A DNA stretch of 63,301 nt, the filler included, from an uncultured Gemmatimonadota bacterium (GTDB lineage: Bacteria; GCA-2686955): NCBI GenBank assembly GCA_964490075.1. It is 4 parts of 4 records of this genome, joined end to end, with 100 filler letters (N's around TTAATTAATTAA, not from the genome) between each part and the next. Parts side by side here need not be neighbours in the genome. Positions count along the whole stretch, not along the records: positions 1 to 18,176 come from CAZBBK010000086.1; positions 18,277 to 35,461 come from CAZBBK010000087.1; 2 more parts are not named here. One strand, given 5' to 3'. Each line of letters opens with the position of its first letter. Position 1 is the first letter of the stretch. The notes beneath the pieces are model-generated. The model saw only the letters and a program-made list of their open reading frames with translations. It was not told where the DNA came from and searched no databases. The position numbers were made by a program, and so were the translations under genes. Shown here piece after piece: positions 9,838-18,937 of this stretch.

Positions 9838-10032
9838 ATGTTTGGCGGAACCAAGATCAAGATCGACAAGGATCTGCTGCAGAAGGCCGAGAAGGCGGCG
9901 AGTGTGGGTGGCTACGCCTCGGTCGGCGAGTTCATTCACCACGTGCTGGAGCGCGAGCTCTCCCACTTCGACGATGCCGCGTCGGACGAAGAGATCAAGG
10001 CCAAGCTCAAGGGACTCGGCTACATCAGCTAG
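9838..10032 (+). CDS. Small (64 aa) ribbon-helix-helix-like protein with C-terminal EEIKAKLKGLGYIS tail
   Basis: GAGGAG RBS before ATG; KIKIDKDLL strand followed by two amphipathic helices; strong coding bias. Confidence 0.8.
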   Translation: MFGGTKIKIDKDLLQKAEKAASVGGYASVGEFIHHVLERELSHFDDAASDEEIKAKLKGLGYIS

Positions 10033-10110
10033 GCCTCATCACTGCCGGGCCAATGATGAGGGGGCGCGCGCCCGGCGGCGTGCATCTCTTCCTCATGCGG
10101 AGTGCGACCG

Positions 10111-10947
10111 ATGGGAATCGTTGCCAACCTGACCACCAAGATCTTCGACCTGCTCTTTCTGCCCTTCGGCTGGTCTGCCGTGGCGGGGATCACGGTCTGG
10201 TCGATCATCATGGGAATCGTGTTTCTGAAGCTCTACGCGCTGGCCACCAACCAGAGCGAGATCAAAGACGTGAAGCGGCGGATGAGCGCGTCGGTGCTCG
10301 AAGTACGTCTCTTCCAGCAGGACATCGCGGTGCTGCTGCGGGCCCAGGGCAAACTCTTCAAGGCCGTCGGTGGCTACACCTGGCAGGCCGGGCGCTCGAT
10401 CGTTCTGCTGCTGCCGGTCGCCCTCTTGGTGCTGGCGCAGTTCGCGGTCCGCAAGGACGTGCTCCCCCTGCGCCCCAACTCGACGGTCGAGGTGACGGTG
10501 CGGATGACGGAAGATGCGCCACAGGCCGGGCGTGCTCCCCAGCTCGCGCCGAGCGCGGGACTGGAGCTGGTCGGCGATCCCTTTCGGGTCGGCAAGACGG
10601 AGTTTCTGTACAAGCTGAAGACACGCCTGGGCGGTGCCCACGAGTTGATCGTGAGGCATGGAGACGATCAAGAGACGGTGCCGATCTACGTGGGCGAGAG
10701 CGAGGTTCCCAAGCGTCTCTATCACCGGGCCTCCAAGAACGACTTCTGGGAGGACGCGCTCTATCCCGGCGGGCCGCGCTTCTCATCGGCGTCCCCCTTC
10801 GAGCTGGTCGAGATCGACTATCCGCACGTGGAATCGCTCATGAAGGTCGGCGCCTGGGGTGGCGTTCCGGCGGCGGTCTGGTACTTCTGCATCGTCTCGA
10901 TCGTGGCCGGGCTGGCGCTCAAGAACAAGCTCGGGGTCGAGCTGTAG
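10111..10947 (+). CDS. Three-TM membrane protein, DUF106/EMC3/TMCO1-like architecture with an inserted soluble domain
   Basis: TM1, NQSEIK coiled segment, TM2 (LLLPV), soluble insert, then WYFCIVSIVAGLALKNKLGV terminal TM. Confidence 0.65.
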   Translation: MGIVANLTTKIFDLLFLPFGWSAVAGITVWSIIMGIVFLKLYALATNQSEIKDVKRRMSASVLEVRLFQQDIAVLLRAQGKLFKAVGGYTWQAGRSIVLLLPVALLVLAQFAVRKDVLPLRPNSTVEVTVRMTEDAPQAGRAPQLAPSAGLELVGDPFRVGKTEFLYKLKTRLGGAHELIVRHGDDQETVPIYVGESEVPKRLYHRASKNDFWEDALYPGGPRFSSASPFELVEIDYPHVESLMKVGAWGGVPAAVWYFCIVSIVAGLALKNKLGVEL

Positions 10948-10956
10948 CTGTTACGG

Positions 10957-12318
10957 TCAGGCGTCGATCAGCGACTCCCCGTCGACGTGGGCGGGCACAT
11001 CGACGCCCAGCAGCCGCAACATAGTCGGCATCACATCGGCGATCTGTGGGTTCGCCTTGGTGATTCGGTGGCCGCGCACGAAGACGTGGGCGCCGTACTG
11101 GGTGTGCATGCCGGTGAACTGCTTGTTCCCGAACAGCGCCGTCTCGCGGGTTGCCCCTTTCATGTCGTAGCCGTCGTGCGGAACGCAGACCAGATCGGGC
11201 GCCTGCTGCAGGTAGGGGCCCTGGTAGATCTCCTCTTTGCGATGGATCGTCTTGATCACCGCCGCTCCCCCGTGGCCAGGGTCGGCGAGCCCTGCCAGCG
11301 CCGCTTCGATCTCGTCGCGTAGCGCGCGGTAGTCCTCGGGCGCCACCGATCCGACCGGATAGCGTCCCTTCACGTGCAGGTAGATGCGCCCCGGATCGAG
11401 GCAGAAAGCGCGGCTCTCGGGCGCCATCACCTGCATGTCGGCACGCTCGGCGGGCTCCACGCTCCACTTCAGGTAGCCCTGCTCCTCCAGCCAGTGGTTC
11501 AGATAGACCTCGTGCACGATGTCGGTGAAGCCGTGATCGCTCATCACCACCAGAGGATGCTCCGCGCCGATCTTGCGATCGATCGCGCCGATCAGCTCGT
11601 CGACCGCGTGGTAGTAGTCGAGGAAATCCTGGTGATGGGGATGATCGGCGTGGCTGAAGGCGGTCCACAGAAAGTGTTGCAAACGATCGGTGCCGGTGAT
11701 CGCCGCCACGAACAGGTCCCATTTCTCGGCATCGATCAGGTAGAAGAGAGCCTCGCGCCGGGCCCGCAGCACGTCGTGCAGCTCCTCGAAAAAAATGTCC
11801 CAACCTTCGGCGGCCTTGCGGGCGTCGACGTCGGTCTGGTAGCCGATCTGCTTCAGCTTCGCGACGTGGGCGGCGGGGTACGTGGCTTTGGCCAGATCGA
11901 TGGCGACAAAGCCGGAGACCAGCGCGCCATTCATCGGTCGTGCCGGATAGGAGCCGGGAACGTTGAGGATCACCGAGCGCTTGCCCTGGGCTCCCAGCAC
12001 GCTCCAGATCGGCGCGCCCTTGAGATGCTGGAAATTCGGGAAGTAGGTCTTGTAGGAGCGCGGTTGCAGATCGGTGAAGCCGAAGATCTGGTGCTTGGCC
12101 GGATTGGTGCCGGTCATCCAGGTCGACCAGGCGACCGAGGAGATGTCGGGAATCGTGGTCTCCATCGGCGCCGCGGCGCCCTGGCCCAGGATGCGGGCAT
12201 AGTGGGGCATCACGCCCTCGGCGGCGAGCTTCTCGAGCAGGGTATGGGGCGTGCCGTCGAGCCCGAGGAAGAAGAGCTTGGGAGTATTGCGGGCGAAGAC
12301 GCGCTTGAGGAAGCTCAT
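10957..12318 (-). CDS. Alkaline phosphatase superfamily (type I phosphodiesterase/NPP) protein
   Basis: GLDG, PDISSVAWS, DRLQH, SDHG and GMH motifs; no signal peptide. Confidence 0.88.
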   Translation of the reverse strand: MSFLKRVFARNTPKLFFLGLDGTPHTLLEKLAAEGVMPHYARILGQGAAAPMETTIPDISSVAWSTWMTGTNPAKHQIFGFTDLQPRSYKTYFPNFQHLKGAPIWSVLGAQGKRSVILNVPGSYPARPMNGALVSGFVAIDLAKATYPAAHVAKLKQIGYQTDVDARKAAEGWDIFFEELHDVLRARREALFYLIDAEKWDLFVAAITGTDRLQHFLWTAFSHADHPHHQDFLDYYHAVDELIGAIDRKIGAEHPLVVMSDHGFTDIVHEVYLNHWLEEQGYLKWSVEPAERADMQVMAPESRAFCLDPGRIYLHVKGRYPVGSVAPEDYRALRDEIEAALAGLADPGHGGAAVIKTIHRKEEIYQGPYLQQAPDLVCVPHDGYDMKGATRETALFGNKQFTGMHTQYGAHVFVRGHRITKANPQIADVMPTMLRLLGVDVPAHVDGESLIDA

Positions 12319-12423
12319 GGAGGGGACCTCTGCTGGGTGATCAGGGAGGCGGCGATTCTAGCGCGACGCTGCGCGCGTCGAGAGGGTGGAATCGGCGCCG
12401 GGGGAGGATCTACCCTGGGGCCC

Positions 12424-12972
12424 ATGGACTCACGACTCAAAGGACTGCTCGATTTCGGTCCGCTTCTGCTCTTCTTCTTCGCCAACGCCCGCTGGGGGAT
12501 CGTGGCAGCCACCGCGGCCTTCATGGTGGCGATCGGCATCGCGCTGGCCGTCTCTTACTGGAAGACTCGAGAGGTCTCGACGATGCAGCTGGTGACCGGG
12601 GGGGTGGTACTGGTGTTCGGCGGGCTGACGGTGGTGTCGCGCAACGACACCTTCATCAAGCTGAAACCGACCATCGTCAACGCGCTCTTCGGAGCGGTGC
12701 TGCTGGGAGGAGTGGCTCGCGGTAGATCGTTGCTGCAGCCCTTGCTGGGATCGGTGATGCGGCTGAGCGCGCAAGGGTGGCGTGCGCTGAGCATCCGCTG
12801 GGGCTGCTTCTTCCTGGCCATGGCGGTGCTCAACGAGGCGGTCTGGCGCAACGTCTCGACCGACGCCTGGGTGACCTTCAAGGTGTTCGGCTTTCTGCCC
12901 TTGACCCTGCTCTTCACGATGAGCCAGATCCCGCTCATGACGCGCCATGCCCTGGAGGATGAGGCGGGCTAG
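12424..12972 (+). CDS. ispZ: Inner-membrane septation protein IspZ/YciB
   Basis: DFGPLLLFF, FGGLT, FIKLKPTI, LNEAVWR and WVTFKVFG motifs. Confidence 0.9.
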   Translation: MDSRLKGLLDFGPLLLFFFANARWGIVAATAAFMVAIGIALAVSYWKTREVSTMQLVTGGVVLVFGGLTVVSRNDTFIKLKPTIVNALFGAVLLGGVARGRSLLQPLLGSVMRLSAQGWRALSIRWGCFFLAMAVLNEAVWRNVSTDAWVTFKVFGFLPLTLLFTMSQIPLMTRHALEDEAG

Positions 12973-12981
12973 TCCAGTCCC

Positions 12982-13494
12982 TCATATCTCCTTGGGGTGA
13001 ACCACGCCACGAATCGCCCACTCTCCGGCCAGATCGGCGGCCCGCGACCAGGGGCCGTCGGTGGCGATCGAGAGCAGCACCGCGGTCGCCGTGGCGAAGC
13101 CGACCGAGCGCCCCGAGAGCACCCGCACCGCCCACTCCAGGTCCGGATTGTGGGCCACGATCATTCCGCATGCCACCGACTCGTCGAAGCGCCCGACCGC
13201 CTCGATGATCGCCGACGCGCCCGTGCAGTAGAGGGCGGAGTCGAGAACGATCTCGACGGAATCGGAGAGCCCGCGCCGCAGCTCCTTGGCGGTCTCTTTG
13301 GCGCGTCGTGCGTCGTTTTTTTTTTTATGTTACGGCGACCAGCGTTTTCTACACAGATGGGTCGCCATGCGCGGGGCGTCGGCCCGGCCGCGCGGCGCCA
13401 GGGGCCGGTCGTGGTCGCGCGGGCCCGCGTTGTTCCAGGAGCTCTTGGCGGGGCGCAGCAGGATCAGCCGGCGCGCTCGGTCGGGGGTGGGCAT
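12982..13494 (-). pseudogene. sixA: SixA-like histidine phosphatase with in-frame stop (pseudogene or sequence-error patch)
   Basis: LILLR[P]AKSSW...DHDRPL..RG..DA, then P*HKKKNDARRAKET, and VAHNP; stop at 13330-13332 next to a T11 run; catalytic His codon reads Pro. Confidence 0.75.
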
Positions 13495-13501
13495 GGGCGG
13501 G

Positions 13502-15616
13502 TCAGCTCAAGGAGTAGCGGCGGTAGTAGATGTCCCAGACCCCGTTGCGGTCGTCCTGCCAGACGATGTGGAGGAAGCCGCCCTCGCCGATCACGCGCGG
13601 GTAGGAGGACGAGGGCAGGGTGCCGCCGTCGGCCACGCTCACGGGATCGAAGAACGACAGGCCCCCGTCCCGGCTCAGCGCCAGCACGATGCGGCTGCCG
13701 CCCGCGCTGACGTCCTCCCAGACCACCGCCACGATGCCCTCGCCGGCCCAGGCGTGCGGGCGGCGGGCGTGCTCGAGCGACTCGCTGATCGGTCGCCCGG
13801 GCTCCCAGCCGCTGCCGCTGTTGCGCGACGCGTAGATCTGAAATCCTTCCCCCGCGCGGTTGTCCTTCCAGAAGACGTGGCTGACCGCCCAGGCGCGATC
13901 GTAGGCGCCGGCCGGGCGCACCGCGAGCCAGTCCTCATCGACCAGGGTCTGGTAGTCGCCCCAGCGCCTGTGCTCGGCCTGCCAGCGGGTCACGTGCAGA
14001 GTCGATTTCTCCGACGTGCGCAGCGCCTCGAAGGCCAAGGGGCCTTCGGGTCCGGGAGCGATCGAGGCCGCTTCGGCGTAGGCGTGCGGGCTCGCTGGAT
14101 ACTGCATCGACTTGAGCTTGAGGACCGGCGGAGCGATCGAATCGACGCGCGCCGCTCGCACCCAGAGCCGGCGCCGGTAGGTGTCGGTGCCGACCGCGAG
14201 AATGCTCCCCTCCTCGGCGGTGATCGCCGGCTGATCGGCCCAGTAGTTCAGGTTGCCGCGATCGAAAGGCCCCTCGATGGTGTCGCGCGCGCTCGGCCGG
14301 CTGGCGATCGCAAAGCTCCAGACCCAGGTCGAGTCGCCGACCCAGGGCTCGAAGCGCTGCACCGTGGCGGCGAATACGCAGCCGTTGTAGCCGTCCCGAT
14401 CGCCGGCGATCGCGGCCTTGAAGGGGCGGTAGATCGGCGTCGAGGCGAGGGCGGTATCCGGCGCTCCGAAGGACTCGCCGCCATCGGTGGAGATGCAGCT
14501 GAGGATGTCCCAGCGATGGCGTGTGGGATCGGGGTTCTCCTCGCTCCAGGCAACGTGCAGCCGGCCCCCCTCGAGGGCGATGTCGGGCCAGCAGGAGCGC
14601 CTCGGGGAACCGTGCAGGAGACGCTCGGGAGAAGAAGGCGAATGGGGGGCGGGAGCGCGCGAGGCCCGGGCCAGCCGCGGCGCCCGCCCTTCCTCGAAGA
14701 GCTCCTCCATCACCCGTCCCTCTCCGAAAGGCAGGGGGCTGCCGAGAATCGCCGCGCAGGTCGACGCGAGATCCTCCTGGTAGGCCTCGGTCTCCACGAT
14801 CCTTCCGGCCGGAAAGTCGGGCCCCAGCGCCAGGAAGGTGATGTTGCGGCAGCCGCCGCACGAGTCGCCGTGGTAGTAGACGCCGCCGTGCTCCTCGTCG
14901 TGGCGGCCGTGGTAGTCGGTGAGGAAGATCGCGGTCTGGTCGCCGTAGTCCGGCATCCTGCGGATGGTCTGCACCACCTCGAAGAGCAGGCTGTCGGAGC
15001 GCACCACCGCCGCCTCGTAGGGCGGCTCCGGCGGATCGTTGTGCTGGGCCTTGAGATCGGGGTCGTTCAGCACCAGAATCGCGACCCGCGGTTGCTCCTC
15101 CTGCAGTACTTCGATGAAGCGCTCCGTGGTCTCCTTGTCGCTGGCGTACTGGTTCTCGATCCGAGCCGCCTCGCTGTAGACCGACCAGCGGGGATGCCCC
15201 CCCCGGTAGATCGGGCTTTCGCTGGTGCGGGCGATCTCCACCACGCTCGCCGGATCGGCGCCCGACACCTCCAGCCAGTGCTCGACCCAGGTCGGGTACT
15301 CGGTGACATGATTGCCGCCGCGCAGTCCCTGCCGCACACCGGTCGTCAGCGCGAACTGGCCGGTGAGCTGCCCGGTTCGCCCCATGGCCAGGAAGTTCCG
15401 ATACCAGACCCCCTGGGGGCGGAGCTGGTTCCAGGTGAAGCGGGCCAGAGTGTGGCCCGGCTCCTCCAGGAACTCGGTTTCGCGGATGCCGCCGACCAGC
15501 AGGATCACGATGTTGCGTGCCTGCGGCGGCGGCGCTTGCTCGCGGGCCGGCGCCGGCGCCGGCAGCACGAGCAGGGCGATCAGGGGCAGAATCTGGAGGT
15601 TCGTTGGGATGCGCAT
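13502..15616 (-). CDS. Secreted protein: degenerate AlkP-like N-domain plus BNR/Asp-box (sialidase-like propeller) C-domain
   Basis: Signal peptide; HGRH..HGDSCGGCR..LALGPDF; STDGGESF and SRDGGLSF Asp boxes; VWQDDRNG.WDIY repeats. Confidence 0.7.
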   Translation of the reverse strand: MRIPTNLQILPLIALLVLPAPAPAREQAPPPQARNIVILLVGGIRETEFLEEPGHTLARFTWNQLRPQGVWYRNFLAMGRTGQLTGQFALTTGVRQGLRGGNHVTEYPTWVEHWLEVSGADPASVVEIARTSESPIYRGGHPRWSVYSEAARIENQYASDKETTERFIEVLQEEQPRVAILVLNDPDLKAQHNDPPEPPYEAAVVRSDSLLFEVVQTIRRMPDYGDQTAIFLTDYHGRHDEEHGGVYYHGDSCGGCRNITFLALGPDFPAGRIVETEAYQEDLASTCAAILGSPLPFGEGRVMEELFEEGRAPRLARASRAPAPHSPSSPERLLHGSPRRSCWPDIALEGGRLHVAWSEENPDPTRHRWDILSCISTDGGESFGAPDTALASTPIYRPFKAAIAGDRDGYNGCVFAATVQRFEPWVGDSTWVWSFAIASRPSARDTIEGPFDRGNLNYWADQPAITAEEGSILAVGTDTYRRRLWVRAARVDSIAPPVLKLKSMQYPASPHAYAEAASIAPGPEGPLAFEALRTSEKSTLHVTRWQAEHRRWGDYQTLVDEDWLAVRPAGAYDRAWAVSHVFWKDNRAGEGFQIYASRNSGSGWEPGRPISESLEHARRPHAWAGEGIVAVVWEDVSAGGSRIVLALSRDGGLSFFDPVSVADGGTLPSSSYPRVIGEGGFLHIVWQDDRNGVWDIYYRRYSLS

Positions 15617-15678
15617 CACGAGCTTCGAGGGACCTGCTGGGGATTTCGGCCGGTCTCTCGACCTCGATAGTGCGCGAT

Positions 15679-17883
15679 CTACCCCTGGGGGGGCAAGGTT
15701 TGGCAGACCTCGCAGATCCGCCCGCCGGCGTCGTAGATGCGCAGGCCCCAGCGCAGGATGCGGCCGGTGTCCTGGCCGGCGTGATCGATCACGCGCAGCG
15801 TCCAGGTACCGGCCGCGTTTTCACCCTTCAACGCCTCCAGAGGCTGCAGCGGGAGGCCATGTCCGCGATACCAGGGGGTGGTGTCGGCGCAGTGGTTGTT
15901 CAGGTCGAGGCTCGCCTCGTCCGAGAAGATCACCTGCATGTCGTTGTCGTTGCAGCCGGTTCCTCCGGGGCGATAGAGCAGGCCGACAGCCGTCCCCAGG
16001 GGACTGACGACCTCGACCTCCAGATCGCCGACCCAGGTGTGCTCCAGGTCGAGCCCGACCAGCACCCGGTCGATCGTCTCGTCGACCGCCACCGTGAGCT
16101 GACTGCTGGCGCCGCCGGGGTTGTCGTCGGGGATCGACTTCGGCACGTCGGTCGACTCGAAGCTGCCGAGCGGCGGGCCGTCGGCTCCGACCTCGTGCGC
16201 GAAGCTCATGGTGGCGGCGCCCTGGTCGAACTGGGTGTCGAGCTGGAACTGCAGCACCGCGTCGCAGGCCACGTCCGGATCGATCTCGATCAGGAAGTGG
16301 GGGAGCTCGCTCACCCCGGTCTCGCCCTGGGCGATGTCGGGGAAGTCGGCCATCGGATCGAGCACTGTGACGCCCTGCGAAAGGGCGCTGAGCTGACCGG
16401 TGACGCCGCTCACGTCGCCGTTGATCGCCAGCAGCGCGGCGCCGACGTAGACCTGCTCGCCCGGCTCCCAGATGTCGTTGCTCACGGTGTCGCAGAAGTC
16501 GCGGCTGCCGGTGTTGGCCAGGGTCACCGAGGGGGTCGGCGGATGGGGATCGGCGGTGTCGGCCACCAGGATCCCGGTGTCGTAGGGGTCGAGCCAGTCC
16601 TTGATCCGATTGGTCGGCGACGAGCCGCGGTCCCAGGACTGCGAGAACTTGCCGTACCAGTCGGCGGTGATGGAGCTGCACGAGGCGTAACCGCCGTGGA
16701 GCTGTCCCACCAGGCGATGATTCGGATCCCAGATCCCCGATCCGGAGGATCCCGGCTCGGTGGTGCCCTGCTCCCAGTCGTTGACCTGCCAGTGGCTATG
16801 GTTGTTGGGGGGATCGCTCAGGTACGAGTCGGAGATCAGCGCGTCGTCGTTGAAGCTGATCGCCTTCTCGTCGGTTCCGGGATGGTGGATGGCGACGCAG
16901 GAGGCCGCCACGTCGTCGGTGGCGTCCCAGCCCGAGTAGGCGACCTGCCAGGTCGGGTCGGGATCGTCGTCGAGCTCGATCAGGGTGAAGTCGGAGAAGG
17001 AGTTGCCGGAGCGCCACAGCGACCCCGACTGGTTGTCGGCCAGGCTGCCGCCCGAGAGCATGCCGCAGGAGGGCGACTCGTAGTTCCAGTAGACCACCAC
17101 GCTCTGGTCGTTGCCGGTGCCGATCCCGCAGTGATAGGCGGTCAGGAAGAAGTTGCGGAAGTCCTCCGGCACCGAGTTCATCATCTGGCCGCTGCAGGTG
17201 AAGTAGCCGCTGACCGAGTAGACCGCCTCCGAGCGGATCTCCTGGCGCCAGGGATCGCCCTCGGGGCAGACCACGTCGATGTTGCAGGAACCCTGCTGGG
17301 GACCCGGTCGGGCGTCTTCGCCGAACATCCGGTAGCCGTGGTGGACCTTCATCAGGGCGAGCTCGGGCTCGTAGGCGGCGCCGGCCGGGATGAAGAGCTC
17401 GATCAGTGCCAGGTCGCCGAGCACCACCGGGGACCAGAGCTCGCCGTGGATCTCGTTGTCGCGGGCGTCGAAGGGACCTTCGGTGTAGCCGGTCTCCGGG
17501 TTGTGCAGGTGGAGCTGGGCGCCTTCGGGAAGGGCGAAGCGCGAGAAGGCGAAGTTGAGGCTGAGCGCGCCCGGCGAGTTGATCAAGAGACGCCAGACCC
17601 GCGAGCCGTCGCTCAGGAGATCCCAGGTGCCGTCGCGTTCGAGATCGCGGTCGACCGCCAGGGGCCAGGCGAAGCGCTGCGGGCCGGGCCGGGATGCCCT
17701 GAGCTCGTCCTGGCGCAGCAGGGCGTTGGTGTCGACCGGCGGCAGCAGGATCTCTTGCACGCGCGCCAGCGGCGTGAGATCGAGGGTGCGGCTCTTGGGG
17801 GGCGCGCCCGTGCGGGCGAGGGCGGAGGTGGCGGCGACCAGGCCCACGAGGACCATGGGAACGACCGGCGGCAGATGCTTCAC
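15679..17883 (-). CDS. Secreted lysyl-endopeptidase-like (trypsin clan) serine protease with C-terminal proprotein convertase P-domain
   Basis: CNIDVVCPEG, LTAYHC, DFTLIEL and TEPGSSGSG triad motifs; HTWVGDL..SP.G..GTWTLRVID P-domain. Confidence 0.88.
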   Translation of the reverse strand: MKHLPPVVPMVLVGLVAATSALARTGAPPKSRTLDLTPLARVQEILLPPVDTNALLRQDELRASRPGPQRFAWPLAVDRDLERDGTWDLLSDGSRVWRLLINSPGALSLNFAFSRFALPEGAQLHLHNPETGYTEGPFDARDNEIHGELWSPVVLGDLALIELFIPAGAAYEPELALMKVHHGYRMFGEDARPGPQQGSCNIDVVCPEGDPWRQEIRSEAVYSVSGYFTCSGQMMNSVPEDFRNFFLTAYHCGIGTGNDQSVVVYWNYESPSCGMLSGGSLADNQSGSLWRSGNSFSDFTLIELDDDPDPTWQVAYSGWDATDDVAASCVAIHHPGTDEKAISFNDDALISDSYLSDPPNNHSHWQVNDWEQGTTEPGSSGSGIWDPNHRLVGQLHGGYASCSSITADWYGKFSQSWDRGSSPTNRIKDWLDPYDTGILVADTADPHPPTPSVTLANTGSRDFCDTVSNDIWEPGEQVYVGAALLAINGDVSGVTGQLSALSQGVTVLDPMADFPDIAQGETGVSELPHFLIEIDPDVACDAVLQFQLDTQFDQGAATMSFAHEVGADGPPLGSFESTDVPKSIPDDNPGGASSQLTVAVDETIDRVLVGLDLEHTWVGDLEVEVVSPLGTAVGLLYRPGGTGCNDNDMQVIFSDEASLDLNNHCADTTPWYRGHGLPLQPLEALKGENAAGTWTLRVIDHAGQDTGRILRWGLRIYDAGGRICEVCQTLPPQG

Positions 17884-18176
17884 TGGAATGCTCCGTTGCG
17901 CCGCGTAGAGCGGCGTCGGGTGTCGGGGGAGAGGGCTGTGTGCCCGCGTGGGGCGGGCGTCGGGTTCAGGCTAACCCCGGTGGGGGTCCTGCGACCTGCG
18001 TCGGTACGGAATTGTGCGGGCGCGCGCGCAGGAGCACGGGCACGATTCGTCGTGTTTCGAGCGCCCCTGAGTAGAGCGCCGCTTCGTCGAAATCCCAGGC
18101 GATCCGCCTCGGTCTTGCAGAGATCCCCACACCCGTCAACGCTTCTCGTCAGCAACGATCGATGGGGATCCTCCAC

Positions 18177-18276
18177 NNNNNNNNNNNNNNNNNNNNNNNN
18201 NNNNNNNNNNNNNNNNNNNNTTAATTAATTAANNNNNNNNNNNNNNNNNNNNNNNNNNNNNNNNNNNNNNNNNNNN
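18177..18276. other. Artificial contig-join linker
   Basis: N44-TTAATTAATTAA-N44 (stops in all six frames). Confidence 0.98.
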
Positions 18277-18906
18277 CACGAGCGCTTCGCGCCCCTCGAT
18301 GCGGCCGAGGCGCGGCGCCGCGGCGGCCTGCCGGAAAGCGCCCGGATCGTGCTGACGGTCGGCAATCTGAATCCCCGCAAGGGGCACGACCGGGTGATGC
18401 GCTGCCTGCCCGAGCTGCGACGCCGCCACGGCGAGGTGCTGCACGTGGTGGCCGGCGGGGCCGGCTACGAAGGCGACATGACCCGCGAGCTGACGCGGCT
18501 GCGGGACCGTCTCGAGCTGGGCGGCGCGGTGCGCTTCCTCGGCAACGTGCCCCCGGAGCAGCTCCGGACCTGGATCTGCGCATCCGATCTGCTCTGCCTG
18601 GCCAGCGCCTTCGAGGGCTGGCCCAACGTGCTGCTGGAAGCCATGGCCTGCGGACGGCCGGTGGTCAGCTCGGCGGTCGGGGCGGCGCGGCGGATCGTGC
18701 CGCGACCCGAGCTGGGGATCGTCTATGAGCCTTTCGACTCGCACCAGGCGCTGCTCGCCGCGCTCGATTCCACGCTGCAAAGAGCCTGGGACTCGGAGAC
18801 GATCACCGACTACGCTCGGGGCCACTCCTGGGATCGCACCGCCGCGGTCCTGCACCAGACCCTGCTGCGGGCCGCCGGGCGCGAGGCGGGCGAAAATCCG
18901 GAGTAG
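18277..18906 (+). CDS. Glycosyltransferase family 4 (5'-truncated)
   Basis: VGNL.PRKGH and EGWPNVLLEAMACGRPVV. Confidence 0.9.
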   Translation, partial: HERFAPLDAAEARRRGGLPESARIVLTVGNLNPRKGHDRVMRCLPELRRRHGEVLHVVAGGAGYEGDMTRELTRLRDRLELGGAVRFLGNVPPEQLRTWICASDLLCLASAFEGWPNVLLEAMACGRPVVSSAVGAARRIVPRPELGIVYEPFDSHQALLAALDSTLQRAWDSETITDYARGHSWDRTAAVLHQTLLRAAGREAGENPE

Positions 18907-18937
18907 AAGGTCCGCGCACCAGACCGGGGGACCAGGA

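Noticed and set aside
11374-12423. Long N-terminal extension of IspZ
   Set aside because: Antisense to the AlkP gene; IspZ similarity begins at ATG 12424.
13316-13326. T11 run as a rho-independent terminator
   Set aside because: It lies inside the sixA reading frame, replaces conserved codons in register and has no convincing adjacent stem.
18221-18232. TTAATTAATTAA as a biological AT-rich motif
   Set aside because: Identical six-frame-stop linker centred in N runs at three places; an assembly artefact.
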